A DNA stretch of 64,000 nucleotides. Source: Eledone cirrhosa (lineage: Eukaryota). Positions 25,679-40,069 of the stretch are shown here, piece after piece (positions within the stretch are counted from its first letter, which is position 1; each line of letters starts with the position of its first letter). The DNA lies in NCBI GenBank assembly GCA_964016885.1, contig OZ024741.1, positions 8,184,001 to 8,248,000 of the forward strand, written 5' to 3'. The notes below the pieces were generated by a model. It was not told the DNA's origin and made no database searches. It was given only the letters and a program-made list of their open reading frames with translations. The position numbers were made by a program, and so were the translations under genes.

Positions 25679-26169
25679 AAGAAACATGACCAAACCCTAT
25701 ACATTTTCTATCTCAGTCATGTTGCTACAATAACAAGTTCCATTTTCACAAATTCCTGGCTTCTAATTCTACATTTGTTTATTGAAATAGTTATTTCACT
25801 AAACTTACTCCTTTAATCCTCTACGTCATTTGTACGTATATGCTGAATATTTAACTAATTATATCCTAGAAATACATTATTAAAATATTTTATTTTTAAT
25901 TACTTTCACGTGCCAGTAATCAACATAAATTATAGGGTTTATCTTCTGGAAAGTATAAATGTATCATATCGTAGTGTGTATAATTGGTCATATATCCAGT
26001 AATGTTGGTATATATGGTATACCAATCCTGGACTCCAAATATGAAATATGTTCAACACTACTGACATCATAATTGACCGCACTACTCCACTAGTATCATC
26101 TGTATTATAATAATAGGGCTGTCCGTCCAGCCACCCGGAGGTAAGACCCCCTCCCACCCTCCATCACGC

Positions 26170-26457
26170 TCGCTTTGTATAAAGAGGGGGTGCACCAAGT
26201 GAGGGATATGTACATACATAGAGAGATAAAACGGAACGCTGTGTGTTTTTGAGGTGACACAAAGTAACGACGTCACCCTCATCTATATATATGAAGAGGG
26301 GGAGCGCCAAGCGAAAGAGATGAACATATTTAGAGAGAGAATAGGAACGTCATTTGTTTAGAGAGGGAGATGGAGAGGGAGAGAGGGAGAGATAGATAGA
26401 TAAATAGATAGAGAAAGAGGGAGACAGAGGGAGAGAGAGAGACAGAGAGAGAAGAAG

Positions 26458-26495
<38 letters not shown>

Positions 26496-26511
26496 CGCCG
26501 CCCTCATCTAG
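26170..26511 (+). repeat. Degenerate two-unit direct repeat, possibly a Helitron/Helentron-type remnant
   Basis: gagggggtgcaccaag...ggaacg...gacgtcaccctcatcta recurs as gagggggagcgccaag...ggaacg...gacgccgccctcatctag. The second unit reads a|TC...CTAG|t (26282-26511). Confidence 0.3.
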
Positions 26512-26518
26512 TATAATA

Positions 26519-26709
26519 TAATTGTTTCTATTTTTGGCACAAGGCCAGCAATTACTCCAGTACATTACTGGTACTTTATTTTATCGACCCCATAAGGATG
26601 AAAGGCAAAGTTAACCTCGGAGGGATTTGAACTCAGACCATAAAGGGACGTAACTCTGTGCTGCAAGGCATGGCGTCCGACCCTCTACCGATACTGCCAA
26701 TCCACCGCC
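26519..26709 (-). mobile_element. Full-length tRNA-derived SINE
   Basis: Reverse complement of the 4475 and 17895 copies. Confidence 0.9.
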
Positions 26710-27019
26710 CTGTATGAAATAATAATGGGTTAATAGCGGAACGATGTAAACGAGGTCGATGAAGTGCCACAAAGTACCCTGAAATTTCACAATATTCCAA
26801 CCAAGGAAAGGCCGCTCGGTGCGATTAAGAAGGCGATAAACATCCCATGTATGAAAGTATTTTATCGAAATATACTTCAACAGACGAGATTCAACATATG
26901 TTGCCTCACATCTGTTGAACATCTGGTCATATATGGATTTGAAACAGTTCTTCTATGACAAAATCATAACTCTATTAGGTTCAACTTACAGTTCCCCAGG
27001 GTCTGAAAATAGTGTAGAT

Positions 27020-27974
<955 letters not shown>

Positions 27975-28031
27975 ATTTCCGTAGGATGGGTAAAGGAAAG
28001 AAGAGTGCTCTATGTATGTTACAGAGATATT

Positions 28032-28291
28032 TAATTATGTAATAAACAACATAAGACAATTATTGCATTTACCAAAGGTTTCACGAAGACAGACGAGCTC
28101 AACACAGACGTCTGAAATCATTTTCATTTTGATGAGCGATTTCAAACGTCTCTGTTGAGCTGGTTTGTCTTCGTGAAACCTTTGGTAAATGGAATAATTG
28201 TCTGATGTTGAGGATTGAAAGCAAAATTGTTTGCTTTTAAGAAACCACTGGTAAATGGAATAATTGCCTTATGTTGTTTATTACATAACTA
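28032..28291. mobile_element. PLE-like inverted repeat (about 28044-28118 / 28138-28210) plus a partial third copy (28249-28291)
   Basis: Arms are reverse complements. The right arm contains an HHR. Flanked by (TA)n. Confidence 0.75.
28125..28191 (+). ncRNA. Type I hammerhead ribozyme motif with extended stem II (family C)
   Basis: catt-TTGATGA-[gcga..caaac..gtttg..tcgt]-GAAA-cc-ttt-gg-TA-aatg. Stem I catt/aatg is perfect. C3 is replaced by T. Confidence 0.65.
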
Positions 28292-28507
28292 TATATATAT
28301 ATATATATATTAAAAGAAAGAATGAAGTTTCCTTTACATGTACGTTTTATTGTGTTACACAATAAAAGTCTAAATACATGTAAACGGAACTTCATACACT
28401 CTGTCAGTGCATAGAGTGCTTGTTGTGGTACCACCACCAGTATTTCACTGAATCGCCTACTATATATATATATATATATATTTATATGTATATATATATA
28501 TATATAG

Positions 28508-28594
<87 letters not shown>

Positions 28595-28685
28595 CGCACA
28601 AGGCAAACAGAAATAACAAAGCAAACAACACAGTACAATGAAGAAATAAATTATTAGTTTTTCGCTTGATATAGTAGGAAAAGAG

Positions 28686-28721
28686 TGTTAACATTTCGGA
28701 CGCCAGTCCTTCATCAGAAAA
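28686..28721 (-). ncRNA. Minimal hammerhead ribozyme motif, family A, within a repeat at about 28600-28760
   Basis: Reverse complement: tttt-CTGATGA-a-GGAC-tggc-GTCC-GAAA-tg-TT-aaca. Confidence 0.72.
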
Positions 28722-28869
28722 TAGAATGAGAAATTGAAGAAGTAGAAAGGTAGAAGAGAGTGAGCAGTGGCAGGTTTATTCATGTTACCATCTTTTATAT
28801 ATATATATATATATATATACATATATGTATGTGTGTGTGTGTATGTGTGTGTGTGTGTGTGTGTGCGTG

Positions 28870-28910
<41 letters not shown>

Positions 28911-29014
28911 GCGTGTGTGTGTGTATATGTATATACATTAGTGGCTGTGTGTTTGTGTGAAAGAGAACTTGTGTGGTCTTCTTTATTTAGTATATAGTAA
29001 TAATGAAGGAAACA

Positions 29015-30114
29015 TGTGTGTGAGTGTCTGTGTGTGTGTGAGTGTCTGTGTGTGTATGAGTGTGTGTGTGAGTGTGTGTATGAGGGTCTGTGTGTCTGTG
29101 TGAGTGTGAGTGTGTGTGTGAGTGTCTATGTGTGTGTGTGAGTGTATGTGTGTGTCTGTGAGTGTCTGTGTGTGTGTGTGTGTGTGTGAGTGTCTTTGTG
29201 TGTGTGAGTGCCTGTGTGCGTGTGTGTCTGTGTGTGAGTGAGTGTCTGTGAGTGTGTGAGTGTCTGTGTGTGTGTCAGTGTGTGTCTGTGTGTGTCAGTG
29301 TCTGTGTCTCTGTGTGTGTGTGTGAGAGTGTCTGTGTGTGTGTGTCAGTGTCTGTGTGTGTGTCTGTGTGTGTGTGTGTGTCTGTATGTGCGTGTGAGTG
29401 GCTGTGTATGTCTGTGTGTGTGTGAGTGTCTGTGTGTGCGTGAGTGTCTGTGTGTGTGAGTGTCTGTGTGTGAGTGTCTCTCTGTGTGTGTGAGAGTGTC
29501 TGTGTGTGTGTCAGTGTCTGTGTGTGTGTCTGTGTGTGTGTGTCTGTGTGTGTGTGTGTGTGTCTGTATGTGCGTGTGAGTGTATGTGTGTGTGTGAGTG
29601 TCTGTGTGTGTGAGTGTCTGTGTGTGTGAGTGTCTCTGTGTGTGTGTGTGTGTGTGAGTGTGTGTGTGAGTGTGTGTATGAGGGTCTGTGTGTCTGTGTG
29701 AGTGTGAGTGTGTGTGTGAGTGTCTGTGTGTGTGAGTGTATGTGTGTGTCTGTGAGTGTCTCTGTGTGTGTGTGTGTGAGTGTCTTTGTGTGTGTGAGTG
29801 CCTGTGTGCGTGTGTGTCTGTGTGTGAGTGAGTGTCTGTGAGTGTGTGAGTGTCTGTGTGTGTGTCAGTGTGTGTCTGTGTGTGTGTGTCAGTGTCTGTG
29901 TCTCTGTGTGTGTGTGTGAGAGTGTCTGTGTGTGTGTGTCAGTGTCTGTGTGTGTGTCTGTGTGTGTGTGTGTGTGTGTCTGTATGTGTGTGTGAGTGTC
30001 TGTGTATGTCTGTGTGTGTGTGAGTGTCTGTGTGTGTGTGAGTGTCTGTGTGTGTGTGTATCTGTGTGTGCGAGTGTGTCTCTGTGTGTGTGTGTGAGTG
30101 TCTGTATGTGTGTG
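29015..30114. repeat. Complex (TG)n-derived tract with an internal ~600-bp duplication
   Basis: Marker tgtatgagggtctgtgtgtctg occurs near 29077 and 29675. Confidence 0.9.
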
Positions 30115-30438
30115 TCCCCTACATGTATCTCTACAATGACTATTACAGGTAGTCAAATACCTGTAGAAAGATAACTAATCACACATCAAAACAAATTTTC
30201 TTGCTAAATACCTCGATTCCTCTCCCTCTCTCACTCCCATTTAAGCTATAATCCTCTCCTTCTCCTCCCTCTCTTCTCTCTTCCCTCGCCTCTCTCTCTC
30301 TCTTGCTCTCTTCCCTCCTCCTTTGTGCTTTGCTGTGTGGATTGGATATTTTGTCTGTCTCCATGTCTATGACTCTCTCCTCTCTATGTATGTACATATA
30401 CGCACACACAAACACACACACGTACACACACACACATA

Positions 30439-30517
<79 letters not shown>

Positions 30518-30577
30518 GGTTGGAGAATATCTGCTGATCTATCTAGCCATCTCCTTATCTGTCACTCTCACTTACTC

Positions 30578-30648
<71 letters not shown>

Positions 30649-30878
30649 GTAAGTGTGTGAATGTGTGTTTATGTCTGTCTGTCTGTCTGTATGTGGGGGG
30701 TATGTATGCGTGTGTGTGTTTATGTATGTGTGTTTATGTCCGATAACAAGGTGTAGTGTCACTCAGTGCAGACTGAACAAGAGACCAGAATGAAAACAAA
30801 ACTAACAGCTAAGATAACAATGGCGGACATTACAGAAGAAATATAGAAAACAGACATTTTTAGAAAGACATTTCACCC

Positions 30879-31800
30879 TATATATACATTATATATTATA
30901 TATATACATTATATATTATATATATACATTATATATTATATATATACATTATATATTATATATATACATTATATATTATATTTATACATTATATATTATA
31001 TATATACATTATATATTATATATATACATTATATATTATATATATACATTATATATTATATATATACATTATATATTATATATATACATTATATATTATA
31101 TTTATACATTACATATTATATATATATATTATATATTATATATATACATTATATATTATATTTATACATTATATATTATATTTATACATTATATATTATA
31201 TATATATATTATATATTATATTTATACATTATATATTATATTTATACATTATATATTATATATATATATTATATATTATATTTATACATTATATATTATA
31301 TTTATACATTATATATTATATATATACATTATATATTATATATATATATTATATATTATATTTATACATTATATATTATATTTATACATTATATATTATA
31401 CACATTATACATTATAGTTTATATATTATACACATTATATATTATATACATTATATATTATATACATTATATATTATATATTATACATTATATATTATAT
31501 ACACATTATATATTATATATACACATTATATACATCGTATAATATATACACATTATACATTTTACATTATATACTATATATTATATGCACTATGCACATA
31601 AGTTATATATCCTGCATATATCATTTATATATACTATACACATTATATATTATACAATATATATATCATTTATATATTATACACTTACATTATATACCCA
31701 GCACATATCCTTTATATATACTCTACACATTATATATTATATATTATATACCTACATTATATACCCAGCACATATCATCCTTTATATATACTCTACACAT
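30879..31800. repeat. 20-bp AT-rich tandem repeat (TATATACATTATATATTATA), decaying after about 31400
   Basis: Direct reading. Confidence 0.93.
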
Positions 31801-31846
31801 GTATTATTTGTTCCAAAGTGAGGTTGGTGGACAGGAGTGACAAAGT

Positions 31847-32049
31847 CGGTGGAGCGACAAACAAATTATTTGTGGTATCTGTACCTGCTCTTTACTTTCT
31901 GTCTTTAACCCCCCGCCCCCTGGTCAACTTGCGCTTTCATTCTTCAGTGATCGATAAAATAAAGTACCAGTAAAATAGTGAGTGCGATGTAATCGACTTT
32001 CTCCTTCGTCCAAATTACTGGCTTTGAGTTTATTGTAGAAAGAATTATA
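31847..32049 (+). mobile_element. Old diverged SINE
   Basis: ctttcattcttcagtgatcgataaaataaagtaccagta...gatgtaatcgact...tagaaagaattat. Confidence 0.65.
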
Positions 32050-32335
32050 TGTTTCAATGTAGAAACAATCAGTGTGAAGGAGAGATTTTAAAACTGTTCT
32101 TTAAAAAACTACCAAGTCTGGAGTAGAAGTATTTTGTCTAGAATCTTCCATAGGAGGCTCTCAAAAGATTCAACACCAAAAACATTTAACGGCTCTTTAT
32201 CCTTGATTTTCAGCATTTTCTTGTTTTTGTTTCTTTTGCTTCACCCCTCCCCCCTCTCTCTTGTTATTTTTATCTAAAGACATTTTTTCCAATTCCAACC
32301 CGCCCGTCGCCTCAATCTCTCTTACTTCTCATTCT

Positions 32336-32372
32336 TTCATCTGATGAAGGACTAGCGTCCGAAACGTTAAGA
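32336..32372 (+). ncRNA. Minimal hammerhead ribozyme motif, family A
   Basis: CTGATGA-a-GGAC-tagc-GTCC-GAA-ACGT-T-aaga. Palindromic loopless stem III (ACGT). Stem I weak. Confidence 0.75.
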
Positions 32373-32453
32373 CCCTCTTTCTGCTATATCATCCGTTAAC
32401 CTAATATATCCCTTCCATATACTGTACCATTTGTGTTGCTATTTCTGTTTACC

Positions 32454-32533
<80 letters not shown>

Positions 32534-33486
32534 TTTCTTGCCTTCTTTCTTAGTTATAAGCTCTACGCAGACGTTTAAATTGATTAAATAAATAAATGAT
32601 AACCAAAATATATTGCACGCTTTATATAGACATTTATATAAGAATATATTTTGCATGCAAATAAGGCAGTTGATTGCCTTAACCCGTGAACAAAGATCTG
32701 AGAAATACCATAAACCAACCACGGACCATTCCAGCCATCGGAATAAAGAAGACAGACGTCATCAAGCTGCAGCTGTGATATTACGTAGTTTCTGTTTAAT
32801 AAAACTATTATAATCTGCAGGGACAACAACCCCGTTACGTAATAGGATGTGTTCCACCTTAGCCTTACTTCCCTCAAATATAAACTTCCCTAAACAAACC
32901 ATCAAGACAAAACAAGTCTTAGAAAACATTTAGTCTAACGGCGTGATGTCGTCTGTCGGCAAGTAATTAGTAGGTTGGTGCTAAAATAATTGGATGTTTG
33001 GTTTGTTGTTGTCTTCTTTTTTGTTTTGTTTGTTTTGTTTGTTTGTTGTTGTTGTTGTGGTGGGGGGAGGAGCTGTTTTAAAGTTTGATCTTTATTTTGG
33101 ATTAAACGTTTATTTACCTACATTAAGCTGTTATACTATCTTAAAACGCTGCTGTGTATTTTATTCATGCTATTTATTTCTATTCGAACGATTTATTCTA
33201 TGAGATCAAAACTGAACACAGAGCTGTAGAAACCACAATACACACGAATGTGTTGTCCAAAGAAACGTAGACATTGCTTCCCAAGATTTTGTAAAGTGTA
33301 CAGGGGCCTTGGAAATAAGGGAAAACCTGCAGGACCTTCTGCCAATGACCAGTGTAATAAACATATATTTAGCCACAATGTACAAACTGAGCCAATAGTT
33401 AAACCACAGAACTCTACTTTCACCACTGTATTTCATATTCTCAATATACCACCCGACTTCCCAAAACACTCTTAATCATATATATA

Positions 33487-34078
33487 TGTGTGTATGTGTG
33501 TGTGTGTGTGTGTGGTGTGTGTGGCGCGGTGTGTGTGTGGTACGGTGTGTGTGGTAGATGTGTGTGGTGTGGTGTGTGTGGTATGGAGTGCGTGGTGTGG
33601 TGTGTGGTGTGTGTGGTGTGTGTGGTGTGGTGTGTGTGGTGTGGTGTGTGTGGTACGATGTGTGTGGTACGATGTGTGTGGTGTGGTGTGTGTGGTACGG
33701 AGTGTGTGGTGTGGTGTGTGGTGTGTGGTGTGGTGTGTGTGGTGTGTGGTTGGAGGGTGCGGTGTGCGGTGTGGTATATGTGTGTGGTGTGTGTGGTACG
33801 GAGTGTGTGGTGTGGTGTGTGGTGTGGTGTGTGTGGTGTGTGGTTGGAGTGTGTGGTGTGGTGTGGTGTGCGGTGTGGTGTGTGTGGTGCGGTGTGGTAT
33901 ATGTGTGTCGTGTGGTGTGTGTGGTGTGGTGTGTGCGGTGTGGTGTGTATGGTGTGGTGTGTGTGGTACGGTGTGTGTGGTGTGGTGTGTGTGTGGTACG
34001 GTGTGTGTGGTGTGCGGTGTGTGTGATGTGGTGTGGTGTGGTGTGGTGTGTGGTGTGTGGTGTGGTATATGTGTGTGG
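33487..34078. repeat. Complex (GTGTG)/(TG)n low-complexity tract
   Basis: Direct reading. Confidence 0.93.
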
Positions 34079-34764
34079 TCGAACAAGTAGAACCTACCAC
34101 ACATATGACACGAGATACATCAGTAGAAATCAGTTGTGTTTCAATGTATCATACGACCGTACTGTCAACAATCGCGAGATCAGCTCAAAGTGAAGCTAAC
34201 GTCAACGAGAATCACGTGTAACTGTAACACTGTTGTAGTTGGTCTTAGCAATGGTTGCCGTCTTTGCCACCACCGCCATCTTGTGCTGCAGTCCTTGACA
34301 CTCTTGGAACACACAAGAAGGATTACTTTCTTTGCTACTTTGCTGGACATTTACACCTAACATTACACCTTCCACTTCCATTTTCCTTTCTTTAGATCTT
34401 TCCTTTCTTCTTAATTATTATTATTAGTATTAGTATTATTAAACCTAGTTATTGAGTCAATTATTTTTTTAACTTCTCTTTTTTTTCCCTTTATTTTACA
34501 TATTTCTTTCATTCTTTTTTGCTTTCTTACCTTTTCTCCTGCTCAATTTCTTTTTGTTTTTCTGTTGATTTGTTATTTTTGTTTTATGTTTTATTGACCA
34601 AAATCGGACATGTTGTTTGGTTGGCGTGTGGAACTCTGTTCTGTCACTCAATCTTTCCGCCACACTCACTAAAACTTCTTTCGTCCTCATGTCCTTCCTT
34701 TCCTGCCCTTTCTGCCAATCTCATGTGTTCTCTGTTTTTTCTGCACTGTCTTTTGTTTGCTTAT

Positions 34765-35925
<1,161 letters not shown>

Positions 35926-36122
35926 TAAATTACTATAAGTATACCAGTGTGGATACTATACAGATATATTCCCATGTATGTGTATATACTAGAAAGTGTG
36001 CATACGTGTTTGACTGTATATCTATGTACGTAGTTGTATAGAAATATGGATATGGATATATATATAGAGAGAGAGGGGGTGGGAGGGAGAGAAAGGGGAG
36101 GAGAAAGAGAGAGAGGGGGCAT

Positions 36123-36233
36123 AGAGAAAAGGCTTCTACAGGACTAGAACTGTTTTATCGCATGAACTTGTCAGAAATACCCTGATGATTTCATACGAAT
36201 GAAACAGTTCTAGTCCTGTAGAAGAATTTTCTA
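36123..36233. mobile_element. Short inverted repeat whose arms are hammerhead cores (family D)
   Basis: Right arm: CTGATGA-tttcatacgaat-GAAA-cagttctagTC-ctgtagaag (from 36182). Left arm is a decayed reverse complement (CTGACAA...AAAA). (TA)n follows. Confidence 0.6.
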
Positions 36234-36243
36234 TATAGACCTC

Positions 36244-36487
<244 letters not shown>

Positions 36488-36503
36488 CATATATATATAT
36501 ATG

Positions 36504-36541
<38 letters not shown>

Positions 36542-36574
36542 TCTATATATATATATATATATATATGAATAAAG

Positions 36575-36973
36575 TTAGTCGTTCATCAGTGATCTTCCAA
36601 CCTTCTTTGGTATTTCATCGCTTTAAAGACCATATACCTCCGGTTGGTGCGAGCAACGGATAAAGAAAGTCGTTGGGACACGTTTGATCTGTGCGGAATT
36701 CCTTCCTTGCTCACATTTCGACCAGCTTTGATGGTCTTTATTCTCTCTCGTTCACGATTTAACCGAAATTTCAGAGAAATCATGGACTTGACTCTTTCTT
36801 CCTCACTTTTCGTTGCCTTACCATCTTTGATTGTTTACAGTCTCGTTCGTTCCCCTTATTTACGTGTCCCAACGACTTTCTTTAGCCGTTGCTCGCACCA
36901 ACCGGAGGTATATGGTCTTTAAAGCGATTGAATACCAATGAAGGTTGGAAGATCACTGATGAAGGACTAATCC
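36575..36973. mobile_element. PLE-like inverted repeat (about 36575-36683 / 36862-36970), both arms ending in a truncated HHR start
   Basis: Arms are reverse complements. The right arm ends ...gatca-CTGATGA-aggactaatcc without GAAA. Microsatellites on both sides. Confidence 0.7.
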
Positions 36974-37007
36974 ATTTGCAACCACGCAGCACGTTTGTTT
37001 TCATATT

Positions 37008-37061
<54 letters not shown>

Positions 37062-37219
37062 GACTGGTCCTCTGAAATAGCGATGTATATATGAATGTAT
37101 GTATAGTATATTTGGCAACATACCGTATGTTTAATTAAAAACATTTAGAAGAACTTATGCTATCGGCTTTAAAGCAGTGACTATGTCACCTACTTCTTTG
37201 CGGCGAAAGAAGGGAGAGA

Positions 37220-37261
37220 AACTAACAGTCTGTTTCACGCAGATTGGAGATAATCAGAGCC
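37220..37261 (-). ncRNA. Degenerate hammerhead motif related to family B
   Basis: Reverse complement: ggct-CTGATTA-tctccaatctgcgt-GAAA-cag-a-ctg-TT-agtt. G8 is altered. Confidence 0.45.
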
Positions 37262-37385
37262 ACGCACCCCCTGCTTCCGCCGAAAATTATAGAAGCTGGA
37301 TTCTTATAGAATTCCAGTAATAATCAGGGGCTGATTATACAGAGCGACTGCCGGTCCAGCAAAAAATGTATATATATATATATAT

Positions 37386-37418
<33 letters not shown>

Positions 37419-37564
37419 CAGTTCAAGATAGGAGAGGAGAAGAGAGATTGGTGAATTAGTTAGAAGCCAAATCGTAAAGGCATGTGCTCAATGTGCAATT
37501 TGCAGTAGAAAGCAGCTAGGTGGCTGGGTTCATGCAGAGGTTAGGTGTACAGAGCTGGAAATAT

Positions 37565-38213
37565 TCATTAGTTAAGCAAAACAAGACCACAAATTTCACA
37601 AGGAACACATTATTAAAATATTGTCAACATACTTTTAGTTTAATGTAAGGAATGTAAATAATAATAATACTAATACTAATAATGTCCGTTTACAATTGTT
37701 TCGCTACTCCGTATAATGTTTCTGGATCAAATGATTATAGATAATTATTGATCTGGTTCAGTTGAAGATAATTAACTTAGGTAAAATTGGAGCAGTTCAT
37801 CGGATAAAAAAAGATGGTTTCATGAATGTAGTGTTCCATAAATTGGTATTTCATATGGTGACCTGGGTATATCTATTGTCTGTCATAGGCGAGTAATATT
37901 CTTCTGTCGAGGCTGCATTATGTGAGATCTGCCTATGGGTGAGATCTACCTTAATTTATATTCCATTTGAAGTTCCGATGAACTGCTCCAATTTTACCTA
38001 AATTAATTATCTTCAACTGAACCAGATCAATAATGATCTATAATCATTTGATCCAGAAACATTATACGGAGTAGCGAAACAATTGTAAACGGACATTATT
38101 AGTATTATTATTATTATTCTTTACATTCCTTACATTAAACTAAAACTATGTTGACAATCTTTTAATAATGTCTTCCTTGTGAAATTTGTGGTCTTGTTTT
38201 GCTTAACTAATGA
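37565..38213. mobile_element. PLE-like inverted repeat, ~240-bp arms (37565-37804 / 37974-38213) with a ~170-bp spacer
   Basis: Arms are reverse complements with few mismatches. The first ~55 bp of the left arm recur at 38641. Confidence 0.85.
37972..38090 (+). ncRNA. Hammerhead-like motif with CCGATGA core and 94-nt stem II domain (mirror copy on minus at about 37688-37803)
   Basis: gtt-CCGATGA-a-CTGCTCC-[~78 nt]-GGAGTAG-c-GAA-ACAATTGT-A-aac. Confidence 0.6.
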
Positions 38214-38256
38214 GTTTCGCACCTGTCCGACAGACAATCTTTACCCCGGAAAAAAC

Positions 38257-38292
38257 CCCCAGTTGATGGATGTGAATCCGAAATATATAGGG
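38257..38292 (+). ncRNA. Degenerate minimal hammerhead motif
   Basis: ccc-CAGTTGA-t-GGAT-gtga-ATCC-GAA-ATATAT-A-ggg, then attaaa. All three stems pair, but the core has two substitutions. Confidence 0.45.
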
Positions 38293-38503
38293 ACTATTAA
38301 ATCTCTCCCAAGGTAACTCTCTCTTGTGTTGTTATTTTAATTTTATCCTTTATACTCTTCCCTTCTTTCTTCTACACATTTACACATCTTTACACACCAC
38401 GCATCTCAACGTACACCCACTTACATCTCTCTCTCCACAACCGGATCTTGTTACCCGGAGATTTACCCAATTGCATTGTCGAGGCTTCCAAACGACTTAA
38501 AGA

Positions 38504-38559
<56 letters not shown>

Positions 38560-38589
38560 TGATTCTACAGTTCTAGTCCTGTAGAATCT

Positions 38590-38640
<51 letters not shown>

Positions 38641-38802
38641 TCATTAGTTAAGCAAAACAAGACCACAAATTTCACAAGGAAGACATTATTAAAAGATTTT
38701 CTCAAGCGAAAACCAACCAGACAGTGAGTGTGTTCTGTTATTAATTCTGGCAATATTATTACACAAATATGACCCTCCCCAAGTATAAATATATATATTA
38801 AG

Positions 38803-39225
38803 GTGGAAGAAAAGCCAGGAACCACCATAAAATCCCTGATCAGCAAAACCTACCATTTTAAGAAAACCCACTGTACTAATAGGAAATGTATTATATGTAA
38901 AGTAAACTCCCGGATAAACTGTAAAACTAGAAACGTAGTCTATAGCATAAGATGTACAGAGGGTACTTGCAGAAACATGACAACAACATACATAGGCGAG
39001 ACAGCTCGTAGCATAGGTGAAAGGATAGACCAACACTGGGGGGAACTAAAAGGACGAAAAAACGGTTCAGTACTATACGAACATGCCAGACAACAACACG
39101 ACGGTAACATAGACAACATAGAAATTAGAATAATGTCTAAACATAGAAATGACCCAGCAGATAGGCAAATCAGAGAGGCCAGCGAAATAGAACTTAAAAG
39201 ACCAAGGCTAAACAGAAAAAAATGA
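38803..39225 (+). CDS. PLE GIY-YIG endonuclease domain (5'-truncated remnant, no ATG)
   Basis: CTNRKCIIC...NCKTRNVVYSIRC...C...YIGETARSIGERIDQH...LYEH...RQIREASEI...PRLN: Cys linker plus VVY/YIG, R, H, E and LN motifs of PLE endonucleases. Confidence 0.88.
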   Translation: MEEKPGTTIKSLISKTYHFKKTHCTNRKCIICKVNSRINCKTRNVVYSIRCTEGTCRNMTTTYIGETARSIGERIDQHWGELKGRKNGSVLYEHARQQHDGNIDNIEIRIMSKHRNDPADRQIREASEIELKRPRLNRKK

Positions 39226-39530
39226 ATGGAATAACAACAACACCCAAACAAACAACACTGACCTAAGAGAAGTATAAATAAATAAATAAATACATAGATA
39301 AGTACAATAACAACAAATACATATAAACACACACTAGTAAACTAAGATAGAATACAATAACCAATACACAGTCACTCAAACACGAACACACATCAAACAA
39401 AACACTATACACACACACACAAACGCATGCGCAGAGAAGACAAAAAAAGAAAAATTAAATAAATAAATAAATAAACAGACTAAATAAAGATGGCGTAGGC
39501 ATACAATGAAACGGGAGGAAACATAATAGC

Positions 39531-39572
39531 ACCACTGACGATGTTGCAGATGTGCAACGAAAGAACTTTGTT
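39531..39572 (+). ncRNA. Type I hammerhead ribozyme motif in PLE pLTR
   Basis: acca-CTGACGA-t-GTTGCA-gatg-TGCAAC-GAAA-gaac-TT-tgtt. Perfect 6-bp stem II. Confidence 0.8.
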
Positions 39573-39757
39573 AGACTATATATGTGTGTTTGTGTCTATA
39601 TTGTATCTGTATTTTTGACCGTTGGTCAGTCAATGGTAACATTGAGGACCAAATAAATTAAATTAACCGATATAAAGGACACAGAACTCTCTATATTATT
39701 ACATTGCGATTGACCATACGGAATAGACCAGCTCTATCCAGTGGTGAACCTCAAACC

Positions 39758-39895
<138 letters not shown>

Positions 39896-39896
39896 A

Positions 39897-40042
<146 letters not shown>

Positions 40043-40069
40043 TATATATATATAAATATATATATATTT

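Larger units (their letters stand above)
38700..39700 (+). mobile_element. 3' part of a Penelope-like element: GIY-YIG endonuclease, 3'UTR and pLTR with HHR (boundaries approximate)
   Basis: GIY-YIG ORF followed by an A/C-rich UTR and an HHR at 39531-39572. Embedded between (TA)n tracts. Confidence 0.85.

Noticed and set aside
26755-26795. Hammerhead-like tcgatga...gaaa
   Set aside because: Core is doubly altered and stems I and III do not pair.
26881-26926. Pre-miRNA-like hairpin
   Set aside because: Too short (about 45 nt) and imperfect to call without expression data.
32584-32877. 97-aa non-repetitive ORF as a host exon
   Set aside because: No recognisable domain, non-ATG start and ambiguous splice sites.
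34170-34285. Promoter (tcgcgaga, cacgtg, cgccatcttg YY1-like motifs)
   Set aside because: Short motifs only. The minus-strand ATG gives a 25-codon ORF and there is no other support.
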